Assembly (NCBI GenBank): GCA_963704435.1
Contig: OY969902.1
Span: forward strand, 540,001 to 572,000
Direction of reading: 5' to 3'
Source of the DNA: an uncultured archaeon
Lineage (GTDB): Archaea > Micrarchaeota > Micrarchaeia > Micrarchaeales > CABMGC01
DNA length: 32,000 nt
A program made the position numbers and the translations under genes. Below the pieces are notes generated by a model. It was not told the origin of the DNA. It ran no database searches and worked only from the letters and a program-made list of their open reading frames with translations. This document shows, piece after piece, positions 1-8,910 of the stretch. How positions within the stretch are numbered: position 1 is the stretch's first letter; every line of letters starts with the position of its first letter.

Positions 1-75
1 AGCAAAAATGAGGCAAATGCCTTTAAGCTATTACTGCGTTAAAATTATTTAAACGTTGCTTTGCGGGCGTATGGC

Positions 76-663
76 ATGGATTTCTGGGGAATTTACAAAA
101 ATTCGGAGATGTCTCCGGGTTTCGGGCAGGCGAGGCTGACGCTCTGCGCGAGGGACAGGATACATATTTCCAACTCCGCGATCGCGGATTACTGCACCCC
201 GATTGGGCCGGACACCGGATTCTCCAGGAAATACGACGAGAGGTCGAGGTACGTCCTCGCCGGGGACCTGACCTATGACCTGCTGGTCTCGATTTACGAC
301 GTGAATTCATCGCGCGCCTTCCTGCTGAGACTATCCAATCCCCTGAGCGAGATCGCGTTCAAGAGAGTGGCGGCCACCATTAAATCGCTGGCCAGGCCCA
401 ACCTCGAGATGCGCGTCATAGGATTGCAGAACGGCGCCACGGGTCCGCTGGGAACGGTGCGCGAGCTGATCAAGCATGCGAAGTTCAGCCTGCAGGAGGT
501 CGACATCTTCGGCGTGGAGATGAGGAACGTGGCGTTCGACCTCAAGCAGGGGATGGCGTTCGACGTGCTCCTTCTCGACAGGCCGTACGCCAGGGGCGAG
601 CTGGTCAACAAGGCGAAGAGGGAGGAGTTCGACGCCAAGAAGTCGGAGTTCAAGCTCCAGTAG
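76..663 (+). CDS. Hypothetical protein (about 195 aa; likely ATG start at 76, ORF track starts at 61)
   Basis: Long ORF with AT-rich 'aaaattatttaaac' promoter-like sequence just upstream; no family recognised. Confidence 0.6.
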   Translation: MDFWGIYKNSEMSPGFGQARLTLCARDRIHISNSAIADYCTPIGPDTGFSRKYDERSRYVLAGDLTYDLLVSIYDVNSSRAFLLRLSNPLSEIAFKRVAATIKSLARPNLEMRVIGLQNGATGPLGTVRELIKHAKFSLQEVDIFGVEMRNVAFDLKQGMAFDVLLLDRPYARGELVNKAKREEFDAKKSEFKLQ

Positions 664-1216
664 CAGGGGGCGGGGACTGCAGCTTCAGCTCGAGCAGGTC
701 GGTGTAGACCGGACCCTCAGCGCCAAGCACGCTCTTCTTGAGGACCACTGACCTGGCCTCGAAGGAACCGAAGTCGGTCTGCGCGCGCTCGTTTATAGCG
801 CGCAGCAGTTCCTGGCGGTCCCTGACGCGCTTCGCCCTGGCCACGGTCATGTGCGGCGTGAAGCTTTCCTCTTCGAAGGCGATGCCGCCCTTGGAAAGCG
901 CGTCGCAGAGCCTCTGCCGCAGCTCGAGCAGTTCGGCAGCGCCCTCCTTCACCTCGGCGAACACGATCTTTATGAAATCTGGAGAGAAGCATGAGACCCC
1001 CTTCAGGGAAATCCTGAAAGGCCGGAATTCCACGCCGCTGATCGCCGATGCCGCCCTTTCTGCATCGCCTTCGCTTATCTCTCCGAGGAACAGCAGCGTA
1101 AGGTGGACCGCCTCCCTCTTCGCGAATACCAATCCCGGGAAGGCCATGCCGTACTTCAGGTCCTCGACCTTGTCCTTCACCTCGGCAGGCACATCGATCG
1201 CTATAAACGCCCTCAC
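650..1216 (-). CDS. thpR: RNA 2',3'-cyclic phosphodiesterase / 2'-5' RNA ligase family
   Basis: Protein MRAFIAIDVP...; two HxT/S signature motifs, 'HLTLLFLG' and 'HMTVARAK'. Confidence 0.9.
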   Translation of the reverse strand: MRAFIAIDVPAEVKDKVEDLKYGMAFPGLVFAKREAVHLTLLFLGEISEGDAERAASAISGVEFRPFRISLKGVSCFSPDFIKIVFAEVKEGAAELLELRQRLCDALSKGGIAFEEESFTPHMTVARAKRVRDRQELLRAINERAQTDFGSFEARSVVLKKSVLGAEGPVYTDLLELKLQSPPPATGA

Positions 1217-1238
1217 ATGAAAACCTATTAATCCTCAA

Positions 1239-1606
1239 ATGGCTATTCCTGTTATGCTTCAGGAAGACGGGATTAAAAAGATTAGCCTATTGGAGTTCGC
1301 GGGCGCCGATATCAGGGTGGGCAGGATACTCGATGTGAGGGACCATGAGGGCGCCAGGAAGCCGATGTACGTGCTCTCCGTGGGATTCGGCGCCGAGATC
1401 GGGTCAGGCAGATCGTTGCAGGCATAAGGGAGTTCTACACCAAGGAAGAGCTTATCGGCAAGAAGGTGGTCTGCGTGGTGAACCTCGATCCGAAATCGAT
1501 CGCCGGGGTGGAGTCGGAGGGAATGGTGCTCGCCGCTGAGGGCGGAGATGGGGTATCCCTGCTCGTTCCTGACAGGGACCTTGAGGAGGGCAGCAGGGTG
1601 CGCTGA
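1239..1606 (+). pseudogene. tRNA-binding OB-fold (CsaA / MetRS C-terminal-like) protein, reading frame interrupted near 1401-1405
   Basis: Frame 1 (1239..1427) encodes ...GADIRVGRILDVRDHEGARKPMYVLSVGFGAEIG; the homologous continuation VRQIVAGIREFYTKEELIGKKVVCVVNLDPKSIAGVESEGMVLAAEGGDGVSLLVPDRDLEEGSRVR* is in another frame, 1403..1606. Confidence 0.8.
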
Positions 1607-2194
1607 ATGGTGATAGCGGTGACGGGGATGCCGGGCGCTGGCAAGAGCGAGGTCGGCAGGGCGCTTGGCAGGATGGGCTACCGCGTCTACGAGCTCGGCG
1701 ACGTGGTCAGGGAGATGATGAGGGAGGGCGGGGTTCCCGCCACGCGCAAGTCGACCGCAGAGTTCGCAATCATGATAAGGAAGAAATATGGAAAGCTCGT
1801 GACCATGAAAAGGCTACTGGACACGCTGAAACTAAAGCGCGGTGACAAGGTGGCGATCGTCGGGGTCAGGAGCGGCGTGGAGGAAGCATACATAAAGAAG
1901 AGGACTGGAGCTACCGCCATCGCGGTCGTTGCGCCGCTCGGCCTTAGGTTCAGGAGAATAAGGGCGAGGGGAAGGTACGACGCGCCGAAGACGCTTAAGG
2001 AGATGGGCGACAGGGACCGCAGGGAGATTGGCTTTGGGATCCTGGCCGCCATAAGGGGAGCGGATTATGTCGTTGCTGGCGACGGGACGGTCGCAGAGCT
2101 GAGAAAATACATTGCTGAGATAGTCGAATCGATAGGCGATGAGGGGCGCAGAGCGCCAAGAGGGATAAAAGCCGGGAAGGCAAAGGGATTTTAA
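1607..2194 (+). CDS. P-loop nucleotide kinase-like protein (UPF0200 / dephospho-CoA kinase-like)
   Basis: N-terminal Walker A 'GMPGAGKSEV'; archaeal kinase-like sequence; start immediately follows the previous stop. Confidence 0.75.
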   Translation: MVIAVTGMPGAGKSEVGRALGRMGYRVYELGDVVREMMREGGVPATRKSTAEFAIMIRKKYGKLVTMKRLLDTLKLKRGDKVAIVGVRSGVEEAYIKKRTGATAIAVVAPLGLRFRRIRARGRYDAPKTLKEMGDRDRREIGFGILAAIRGADYVVAGDGTVAELRKYIAEIVESIGDEGRRAPRGIKAGKAKGF

Positions 2195-2223
2195 CTTTTA
2201 ACATACAGTCATTTATCGATCAT

Positions 2224-3072
2224 ATGGCGACCTTACGCGGCGGCCTTTCCACCATCGCGCTGCTCCTGGCGGCGTTTGCGCTAGTGTCCGTTTCCAGCGC
2301 GACCTATCTGCAGATAGAGGGGCCCATAAGCACCCAACTGCTCAACAACGGCAGCATATACCTCGGGAAGGTCGGTCCCGGTGAGAGCTTCTACGTGCTG
2401 GCTTCCGCTACGACCACAAACCAGTCGGGCACTTCGGTGAACGTTGGCTGGGATACGCTTACCGCGGTGACTCTTCCAAACGGATGGTCCTCGCAGGCGT
2501 CCCCCCTGTACGAGAATCCGATGAAGATGAAAGTCACCGTGTCGCCCTACGCCAAGAACGGGACCTACCAGCTTACCCTGCGAGCGGTCAACGTAGGAAA
2601 CTACTCCAGGCTGGGAAACCTCACGATAAACGCGTATGTCAATGTTACGCCAAACGTCTTCACGGCACAGGTCGGCCCGTCGGTTTTGGTCGCTGGAGTG
2701 GGCCAGCCCGTGAATCTTAACATAAAGCTGAACAACACGGGCGCGTCCGACGACCCGTTCATGATAGACGCTTACGGTCTGCCTGCATGGAAGTCACCTG
2801 TCGAAGTGATTGCCGCACACTCGACCGAGAACAGCTACGCATACCCTGTGTTCGCCGATGAGCCCGGTACGTATTTCTTCAACCTCACCATAAACTCGAC
2901 GACGAGCCACTTGGTGCAAAAATCGTATGCCGAGGAACTTGACGTGCGCGCGAGCCTGCTCAACGACTACGGGGCCACTGGGCAGGGTGTCGTGCTGTCC
3001 CCGATAATCTACGAGCCTGCATACGCGCTGATGCTGCTCCTGAAGGGCGCATATGCGCTGGTATTCAAGTAG
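2224..3072 (+). CDS. Secreted/membrane protein with Ig-like (CARDB/NEW3-like) repeats
   Basis: N-terminal hydrophobic signal segment, N-x-S/T rich extracellular beta-type sequence, hydrophobic C-terminus. Confidence 0.6.
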   Translation: MATLRGGLSTIALLLAAFALVSVSSATYLQIEGPISTQLLNNGSIYLGKVGPGESFYVLASATTTNQSGTSVNVGWDTLTAVTLPNGWSSQASPLYENPMKMKVTVSPYAKNGTYQLTLRAVNVGNYSRLGNLTINAYVNVTPNVFTAQVGPSVLVAGVGQPVNLNIKLNNTGASDDPFMIDAYGLPAWKSPVEVIAAHSTENSYAYPVFADEPGTYFFNLTINSTTSHLVQKSYAEELDVRASLLNDYGATGQGVVLSPIIYEPAYALMLLLKGAYALVFK

Positions 3073-3087
3073 CGCCTGCGGGATAGC

Positions 3088-3768
3088 ATGCCAAAGAGCA
3101 AAAAAGAGGGGAAGGAAGGCATATTCTACGTGAGGGCGCGATCGCTGGGCGACGTGATGAGGTGCGCCTGCAAGTTCGATTACACCTCGGACCCGCTTCT
3201 CCTTTGCAAGACAGGAAAAGAAACCCGGCTCATTGCCATGGGCTCGAAGATAGGGGACGCGACACTGGCGTATTATGTTGCGGTGAGGGGAGCGAAGCGT
3301 CTGGCACTGTACGCGCCTGCGTCCGAGGGCAAGCCCGAGAGCGCGACGTTCGTGGACAGGGCGGATCCGCTCGTCAGGTACTATCTCAGCGTGATAGGCG
3401 CGGACCTGAGAGAAATCAGGACATTGAAGGAGGTGGATAAGAAAGCGGCGGTCCTTGTGAAGATCGAAAATACCTCCGACCTCATCGGATTCGCGATAAA
3501 GAAGGCAGCAAAGGATGAATCACTCTCGCAGCTGTTCTCGTTTGACTGGAAAGGGAGGAGGGTCGTTGGGGCGTTCAACCTTGTCGACGGCCTCGCGGAC
3601 GGCAAAACCGCTTTCTACTACTCATTCTGCGAAGAGAAGACGCTGGGCTTCGCAAGATACGACTACAGGGAGGACAGGGTCGACTTCTCGGACAGCATGG
3701 GCGAGCACGCTTACATGTACGCCAAGGTCGTCAACCTGGCAGAGCCCTTCCCGTTCTTCAAGCCCTGA
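3088..3768 (+). CDS. Hypothetical protein
   Basis: 226-aa ORF starting 15 nt after the previous stop; no family recognised. Confidence 0.65.
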   Translation: MPKSKKEGKEGIFYVRARSLGDVMRCACKFDYTSDPLLLCKTGKETRLIAMGSKIGDATLAYYVAVRGAKRLALYAPASEGKPESATFVDRADPLVRYYLSVIGADLREIRTLKEVDKKAAVLVKIENTSDLIGFAIKKAAKDESLSQLFSFDWKGRRVVGAFNLVDGLADGKTAFYYSFCEEKTLGFARYDYREDRVDFSDSMGEHAYMYAKVVNLAEPFPFFKP

Positions 3769-3782
3769 TGAAAAATGCGATA

Positions 3783-3794
3783 GGCTTATTATTC
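3783..3794 (+). promoter_or_regulatory. Putative TATA-box region for tRNA-Asn
   Basis: AT-rich 'ggcttattattc' about 30 nt upstream of the tRNA 5' end. Confidence 0.35.
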
Positions 3795-3817
3795 ATTTGC
3801 GGCTTAAGCTACTCTGT

Positions 3818-3889
3818 GCCCGAATAGCTCAGCGGTAGAGCGACCGGCTGTTAACCGGTAGGTCGCAGGTTCAATCCCTGCTTCGGGCG
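3818..3889 (+). tRNA. tRNA-Asn (GTT), no intron
   Basis: Acceptor gcccgaa/ttcgggc, anticodon loop ctgttaa in stem accgg/ccggt, T-arm with 'gttcaat'; 3' CCA not encoded. Confidence 0.95.
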
Positions 3890-3896
3890 CTCCGAG

Positions 3897-4424
3897 TCAT
3901 CCGTATTTCTCAATAAATTCATCAAATGGCTGCGCGGCCGAAACGACTTTTACGCACAGCCCTATGGCGCGCTTAGACAGCTGCTCGTTGTTACTTTCTT
4001 CACAGTTTAACGGTTTCCCGTGCCGGGTAAAATTGGTTATTATCACGGTTTTCCCGTCAATTACCCAGAACTGTTTCGTCAGGTCCCAACCTTCGGAGAT
4101 TTTCTGGAAGTCCCTTAGGGGGATGACACAAAATTTCTCGCCGAAGACCCTGAGATAAGCGTTTGACTTGATTAGATACCTTCTCATTTCATCGGTAAGG
4201 GGGGTGTCGCATAATTGTATTTGCATTACCTCTTTTCCTTCCTTTACCGCCCTGCCCGCAATATCTCTCCATTGCGTGCCTAGCTTCTTTTCTTCGTCCT
4301 TGCTCAGATTAAAGGAGTAGTCCTGAACCGTGCAGACCTCTACCGCGCTTTCCATTTTTGAAAAGTATTTCTTGAGCAATTCATTGAAATTGTACGCGCG
4401 CTCGAAATCGCTCATTTGAAACAT
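3897..4424 (-). CDS. Hypothetical protein (faint resemblance to DUF6879-type proteins)
   Basis: 175-aa ORF; pattern 'W..I..A.KEGK...I....TPLTDEMRR....N......GE' then 'QFWVIDGKTVI' vaguely resembles that family; unverified. Confidence 0.5.
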   Translation of the reverse strand: MFQMSDFERAYNFNELLKKYFSKMESAVEVCTVQDYSFNLSKDEEKKLGTQWRDIAGRAVKEGKEVMQIQLCDTPLTDEMRRYLIKSNAYLRVFGEKFCVIPLRDFQKISEGWDLTKQFWVIDGKTVIITNFTRHGKPLNCEESNNEQLSKRAIGLCVKVVSAAQPFDEFIEKYG

Positions 4425-4496
4425 CCAATATTAAAATCTAAAAGAAACGGAAATTTGGTTGTGGCTAAGATTGGGATACCCAAACCTGAAGGAAGA

Positions 4497-4652
4497 CTAG
4501 GCCCCGCCTATCTTGAACATCTTCGTTCCGCAGACCGCGCAGGTTCCTGACTTCGCCTTCTTCCCGTTCTTCATGGTAACCTCCTTCGCGTCCTTCATCT
4601 CCCTCTTCTGCTTGCATTTCATGCAATAGCCTTCCATCATATCGCCAGACAT
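4497..4652 (-). CDS. Small zinc-ribbon protein (DUF5679-like), 51 aa
   Basis: Manual translation MSGDMMEGYCMKCKQKREMKDAKEVTMKNGKKAKSGTCAVCGTKMFKIGGA*: two CxxC pairs in a characteristic archaeal small-protein pattern. Below the ORF-track length cutoff. Confidence 0.8.
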   Translation of the reverse strand: MSGDMMEGYCMKCKQKREMKDAKEVTMKNGKKAKSGTCAVCGTKMFKIGGA

Positions 4653-4748
4653 ATACTACCCTTCATTATTAAACAGCTTTCGCATGTTTGGCTTACAGGG
4701 GATTCTTATGAATCTAGGTCGCGGCTTCCGAATTGGCTGCTGAAGTGA

Positions 4749-5369
4749 TCATAAATTCAGTACGGTAGTCTCAATCGCGATCTTGACCGCCCTCTCCATA
4801 GTCTTCTCGTCCATGCTTGGCAATTCAGACTTCAGCGCATAATGAATTTTGAGATCGATAGCTTGCCTGTAGCTCAGGGGCAGATGTATGAAACCCGCAT
4901 GCCTTATTTTGAATTTGGCAGCGAGTTTCATCGTCTCGTAGAAAACCTCGTTGGACACGTAGGTATCAGGCCAGAACGAGAACTCGGCAGGTATGCCGCT
5001 ATCCTGCAGAGAGTCCCTTATCTCCCTTGCCGGGAGGGTGGAGAAGTAGGCCGGCTGCCCGCCTTCATGCAGCGGCTCGTCCAATTCCTCCTTGTCATTC
5101 CTGAAGTAATAGCGATTCAGAGCGACCCTTTCGATAATTATGCAGCCCGCTTTAGTGCGAAGGCCTAGCGCCAGCACGGCTACGGGTTTGTACTTTTTAA
5201 CATAGCCCTCAAGGACGCTTCTGACCTCCTTGTGCACGACAGGCAAGACTCTGCCCACTATCCTCTTGCCCATCACATTTTTGCCGTCGAGCCGGTTCGC
5301 AATCCTTTCGGAAGGGTTGTAGGAGTAGCTCAGGAAGGGCTGGAACCCGGTTAGCAGCACATTGTCCAT
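4749..5369 (-). CDS. Pyroglutamyl-peptidase I (C15) family protein with Ser at the catalytic Cys position
   Basis: 'LLTGFQPF', 'ERVALN', 'TYVSNEVFYETM', 'GFIHLPL'; typical family motif is YvCNxvfY. Confidence 0.85.
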   Translation of the reverse strand: MDNVLLTGFQPFLSYSYNPSERIANRLDGKNVMGKRIVGRVLPVVHKEVRSVLEGYVKKYKPVAVLALGLRTKAGCIIIERVALNRYYFRNDKEELDEPLHEGGQPAYFSTLPAREIRDSLQDSGIPAEFSFWPDTYVSNEVFYETMKLAAKFKIRHAGFIHLPLSYRQAIDLKIHYALKSELPSMDEKTMERAVKIAIETTVLNL

Positions 5370-5391
5370 GGTCTAGATCGGCATAATCAAA

Positions 5392-6672
5392 TTAAATATG
5401 CTGTGTTTTCCCCGCTTTCAGACTACCGGCGACTTTTGCTGCGTCCATCTTAAGCGCCTTATTCTGCATGAGAATCTCGCCACCGATTATCGTGGTATCC
5501 ACGTTCAGACCTTCAATCGAGTACACGATGTTCGAGACGATGTTGCCTTGGGAGAGAGGGAGCCCGTTGGGCACGGGGTCTATGAGAATAAGATCAGCCA
5601 GCTTGCCTACCTCAACGCTCCCAAGGTCCTTTTCCTTTCCTAGAGCCCTCGCGCCCGCGAGGGTAGCCGAGTCCAGGGCCTTCAGCGCGGACATCCTGGT
5701 GGGGTTCCCGCTCTCGTTCTTCTGCAGCAGTGCAGAGACCTTCATCACCTGGAACATATCGAGGTTGTTGTTGCTCGAGACGCTGTCCGTGCCTAGCGCG
5801 GTCGTGATGCCGCCGTCTAGGAATGCCGCGACCGGCGCGGCGGGGCCGTTCCCGAGCTTCATGTTGCTCACTGGATTATGGGATACGCTGACTCCCTCGC
5901 CTCCTAGCAGCGCTATCTCTCGCGGAGTGACATAGACGGTATGCACGGATACCAGGTTACTGCTAAGGAATCCTATCTTGCCCATGTGCTCCACCGGAGT
6001 CGCCCCGCGCTTCTTCTTGCACTCGCTTACTTCCTTCCTTGTCTCGGCTACGTGCATCGGAAGCACCTTGTTCGCCTTGCGCGCGAAGTCCATCCCCTTC
6101 ATTAGCGTATCATCGCTGCAGACATAGATTCCCTGCATACCGATAGTGTGCTCGACGCGCTTGCTGCCTGGTTTGGATTCGGCGAACCTCTTCGCATTTG
6201 TGAGCGGATCCCCCTTCTGCGTGGTAAACTCCCTGTCCAGCGCGACCCAGGCGAGCACCGCCCTTATTCCGGAATCCGCGGCTGCCTGCGAGATAACGTC
6301 CTCGTCGTAGTAGAGGTCAAGTATCGCAGTAGTCCCGAACCGTATCGACTCAAGCATCCCCAGCAGTGCGCTGCCGTAGACGTCCTCCCTAGTCCTATTG
6401 GTGGCATCGAACCTGAAGGTCGTTTCAAGAAAGCGGTCGAGGGAAACGTCGTCGACGAGCCCCCTCAATGGGCTCATGGCTATGTGGGTGTGAGTGTTTA
6501 CCAGCCCGGGAGCGAGAATCTTCCCGGTCCCATCTATCCTGTGCTCCGCCCTTACGCCCAGGTTCTTCCCGACATCGGCTATCCTGTCTCCTTCTATGTA
6601 TACGTCCTCCCTGGCGATTGATCTCTCGGAATCCTGCGTGACGACCCAGGAGTTCTTGATTAGTACGCTCAT
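5392..6672 (-). CDS. Amidohydrolase; 5-methylthioadenosine/S-adenosylhomocysteine deaminase-like
   Basis: 'APGLVNTHTHIAMS', 'HVAETRKEV', 'SVHTVY', 'TALGTDSVSSNNNLDMF' metal-site motifs. Confidence 0.85.
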   Translation of the reverse strand: MSVLIKNSWVVTQDSERSIAREDVYIEGDRIADVGKNLGVRAEHRIDGTGKILAPGLVNTHTHIAMSPLRGLVDDVSLDRFLETTFRFDATNRTREDVYGSALLGMLESIRFGTTAILDLYYDEDVISQAAADSGIRAVLAWVALDREFTTQKGDPLTNAKRFAESKPGSKRVEHTIGMQGIYVCSDDTLMKGMDFARKANKVLPMHVAETRKEVSECKKKRGATPVEHMGKIGFLSSNLVSVHTVYVTPREIALLGGEGVSVSHNPVSNMKLGNGPAAPVAAFLDGGITTALGTDSVSSNNNLDMFQVMKVSALLQKNESGNPTRMSALKALDSATLAGARALGKEKDLGSVEVGKLADLILIDPVPNGLPLSQGNIVSNIVYSIEGLNVDTTIIGGEILMQNKALKMDAAKVAGSLKAGKTQHI

Positions 6673-6699
6673 TGAATCCGAATAGGTTCCGATTCCAGC

Positions 6700-7377
6700 T
6701 TATTTATGTGTGCCGATTCGCGCATCTCTATCGTTTATGGGATATACTGCCTGCTGCTCTGGGTCGAGCGTCATCAATCCGTAAGGCTTTGCGGTGCTCA
6801 AATACGCATTGGGGTGTTCCGCCCGCTTAGTTCGTGGCAGGTGACGGTGATCACCATCGAAATAGAGCTTCAACGCCACTGCATCCGGAGCAGATTTGCG
6901 AACTGAGCTTTCCGCCTGCTTATACATTTCCGCCAGGGACTGTCCCTTATCAATGATGACTCTGACTGGCGAAAGTGATTTTAGATTTGTAGAAAGCTCT
7001 GTCGGAATTATCGTTCCTTCGACGATTTCTCCTAGAATGCGCACCTTTTGCGGAGCAATAAAGGTATTTGCCACGCCGATCAGGCGGCTGCCGTCAACAT
7101 GTGCGGCGCACTGCTGAATGCTGGCGAGCGTAGGATAGAGCAGTGCTGTTTGTATCGTTTTCTCTGATCTGTCGCGGGGCGGCAACAGTTTAAGTCTGCT
7201 CTCATGGAGCTCAGTTCCGCTAAGATTAGCCATACCGCGATTGACTAAGGTGTCTATGTCCACCCTTAAGCAGCCCGCCAACACCAGTCCGGCTGCGCGA
7301 TCTTCTCTTAAGAATGTCGTTAAGCTATCCGCAGATACCTGAGGTACTCCAAAAACAACAGCCATTCCATCTGTCAT
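6700..7377 (-). CDS. Hypothetical protein
   Basis: 225-aa ORF filling the gap between neighbours; no family recognised. Confidence 0.55.
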   Translation of the reverse strand: MTDGMAVVFGVPQVSADSLTTFLREDRAAGLVLAGCLRVDIDTLVNRGMANLSGTELHESRLKLLPPRDRSEKTIQTALLYPTLASIQQCAAHVDGSRLIGVANTFIAPQKVRILGEIVEGTIIPTELSTNLKSLSPVRVIIDKGQSLAEMYKQAESSVRKSAPDAVALKLYFDGDHRHLPRTKRAEHPNAYLSTAKPYGLMTLDPEQQAVYPINDRDARIGTHK

Positions 7378-7504
7378 TAAACCACAAAGGTTAGTTCTGC
7401 CTCTCCCTATTTAAAAATTATGCCCGAAACTTTAATTTGACGTAATCCGGAACGTCGGAATGCGTATGCGAAATCATATATTGTTTTAGTGTCATTTTTA
7501 ACTT

Positions 7505-8050
7505 ATGAAGAAGGACATGCGAATACTGCTGTTCAGCAACTACCTGAATACATTCGGCTACTCGCTATTCGGACCGCTATACTCCTTGTTCGTACTCAGA
7601 GTGGGCGGATCCGCATTTACGGCTGGAGCCACGTGGAGCGCCTACATGCTGGCTGCAGGCGTGTTCATATTCCTATTTGGAAAGTTCGGCGACGTCTTCG
7701 CCTCTCACAGGAAAGGGATAATCGTAGCGGGATATTTCGTGCTCGCCTTCGGCGCATTGTCCTTTATCCTGGTCAGGAACACGTTCGACATCTATCTGGT
7801 GCAGATCTTCAACGCATTAGGGGTTGGCATGCTCACCCCAATATGGCAGGCCGCGTACTCGAAGACACCATACAAGGGAAGGGAAGCAGAGGGATGGGCG
7901 CTTTTTGACGGAGCGGACTACATCCTTATCGCAGTTGCCGCGTTCCTTGGAGGAGCCTATGTCACATATTTCTCATTCACGAACCTGTTCATTGCCATAT
8001 TCTTCATCCAGATGGTCGCTGCGTTTATATCGGTAAAATTACTGGATTAG
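7505..8050 (+). CDS. Half-size (about 6 TM) major facilitator superfamily-like membrane protein
   Basis: About 6 hydrophobic segments, MFS N-half features ('LFGKFGDVFASHRKG' between TM2 and TM3). Confidence 0.7.
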   Translation: MKKDMRILLFSNYLNTFGYSLFGPLYSLFVLRVGGSAFTAGATWSAYMLAAGVFIFLFGKFGDVFASHRKGIIVAGYFVLAFGALSFILVRNTFDIYLVQIFNALGVGMLTPIWQAAYSKTPYKGREAEGWALFDGADYILIAVAAFLGGAYVTYFSFTNLFIAIFFIQMVAAFISVKLLD

Positions 8051-8137
8051 CGATGCCCGCATTGCATACGAACCTTAAGCGAGTCTCCCTTTCCACTAGC
8101 CTTTAAATTATTTCCCGTCCATTTATACTATAACGAT

Positions 8138-8680
8138 TTGATGTCACAAAAAATCAAAATAGTCAAACCCATATACGCTCTGGTGGCCGTCGTACTGATT
8201 ATCGGAGTTATTGGACTGATATACTTTGAAGTAGGCTTAACAAGTGAGCCGACGGTCGCAGCGGGAGACGCCATTCAAGTCTACTATACAGGAACCTTTA
8301 CCAACGGCACTGTTTTCGATTCCAATATCGGGGGGCAGACGCTCAATTTTACGGTTGGGGCTAATCAGGTGATTCCTGGATTCGATGAGGGAGTCGTAGG
8401 AATGGAACTTAATGAAAATAAGACCATAACTGTCCCCGCGGACGAGGCCTATGGGCCGATAAACCCAGCGCTGGTTGTACAAGTGCCTCTTTCACAATTC
8501 GGGAATCAGACTATCGAGAAGGGAATGACAATCACTGCGACTTCTGCTTCGAACGGTCAGACGCAGGAAGGCATCGCGACTGCTGTCAACTCCACGATGG
8601 TTACCGTGAACTTCAACTCGCCTCTTGCGGGCCAGACGCTGATATTCAGCGTAAAGGTAGTTGGGATAAGCAAGAAGTGA
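8138..8680 (+). CDS. Membrane-anchored FKBP-type (SlyD-like) peptidyl-prolyl isomerase
   Basis: N-terminal TM helix then 'VYYTGTFTNGTVFDSN...VIPGFDEGVVGMELNENKTITVPADEAYGP'. Confidence 0.88.
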   Translation: MMSQKIKIVKPIYALVAVVLIIGVIGLIYFEVGLTSEPTVAAGDAIQVYYTGTFTNGTVFDSNIGGQTLNFTVGANQVIPGFDEGVVGMELNENKTITVPADEAYGPINPALVVQVPLSQFGNQTIEKGMTITATSASNGQTQEGIATAVNSTMVTVNFNSPLAGQTLIFSVKVVGISKK

Positions 8681-8788
8681 TTTTCCAAGGGACCGATTTC
8701 GGCATTGGCGTCCGAAATCATCGTCTTGTGCAGCGCACCGCAGAATTGAGTTCCTTCCAGCTCCGCGCAGCGGAGGGGAGAGTGGCGC

Positions 8789-8797
8789 CTTTAAATT
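8789..8797 (+). promoter_or_regulatory. Putative TATA box upstream of tRNA-Lys/lysS
   Basis: 'ctttaaatt' about 30 nt upstream of the tRNA 5' end. Confidence 0.45.
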
Positions 8798-8822
8798 GCT
8801 TCTCGATTATTTATTACACGAC

Positions 8823-8897
8823 GGGCCCGTAACTCAGTTTGGCTAGAGTGGCAGGCTTTTAACCTGAAAGTCGTGGGTTCAAATCCCACCGGGCCCG
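8823..8897 (+). tRNA. tRNA-Lys (TTT), no intron
   Basis: Acceptor gggcccg/cgggccc, anticodon loop cttttaa, T-arm gtggg-ttcaaat-cccac. Confidence 0.93.
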
Positions 8898-8910
8898 CGC
8901 GGTCGATTCT

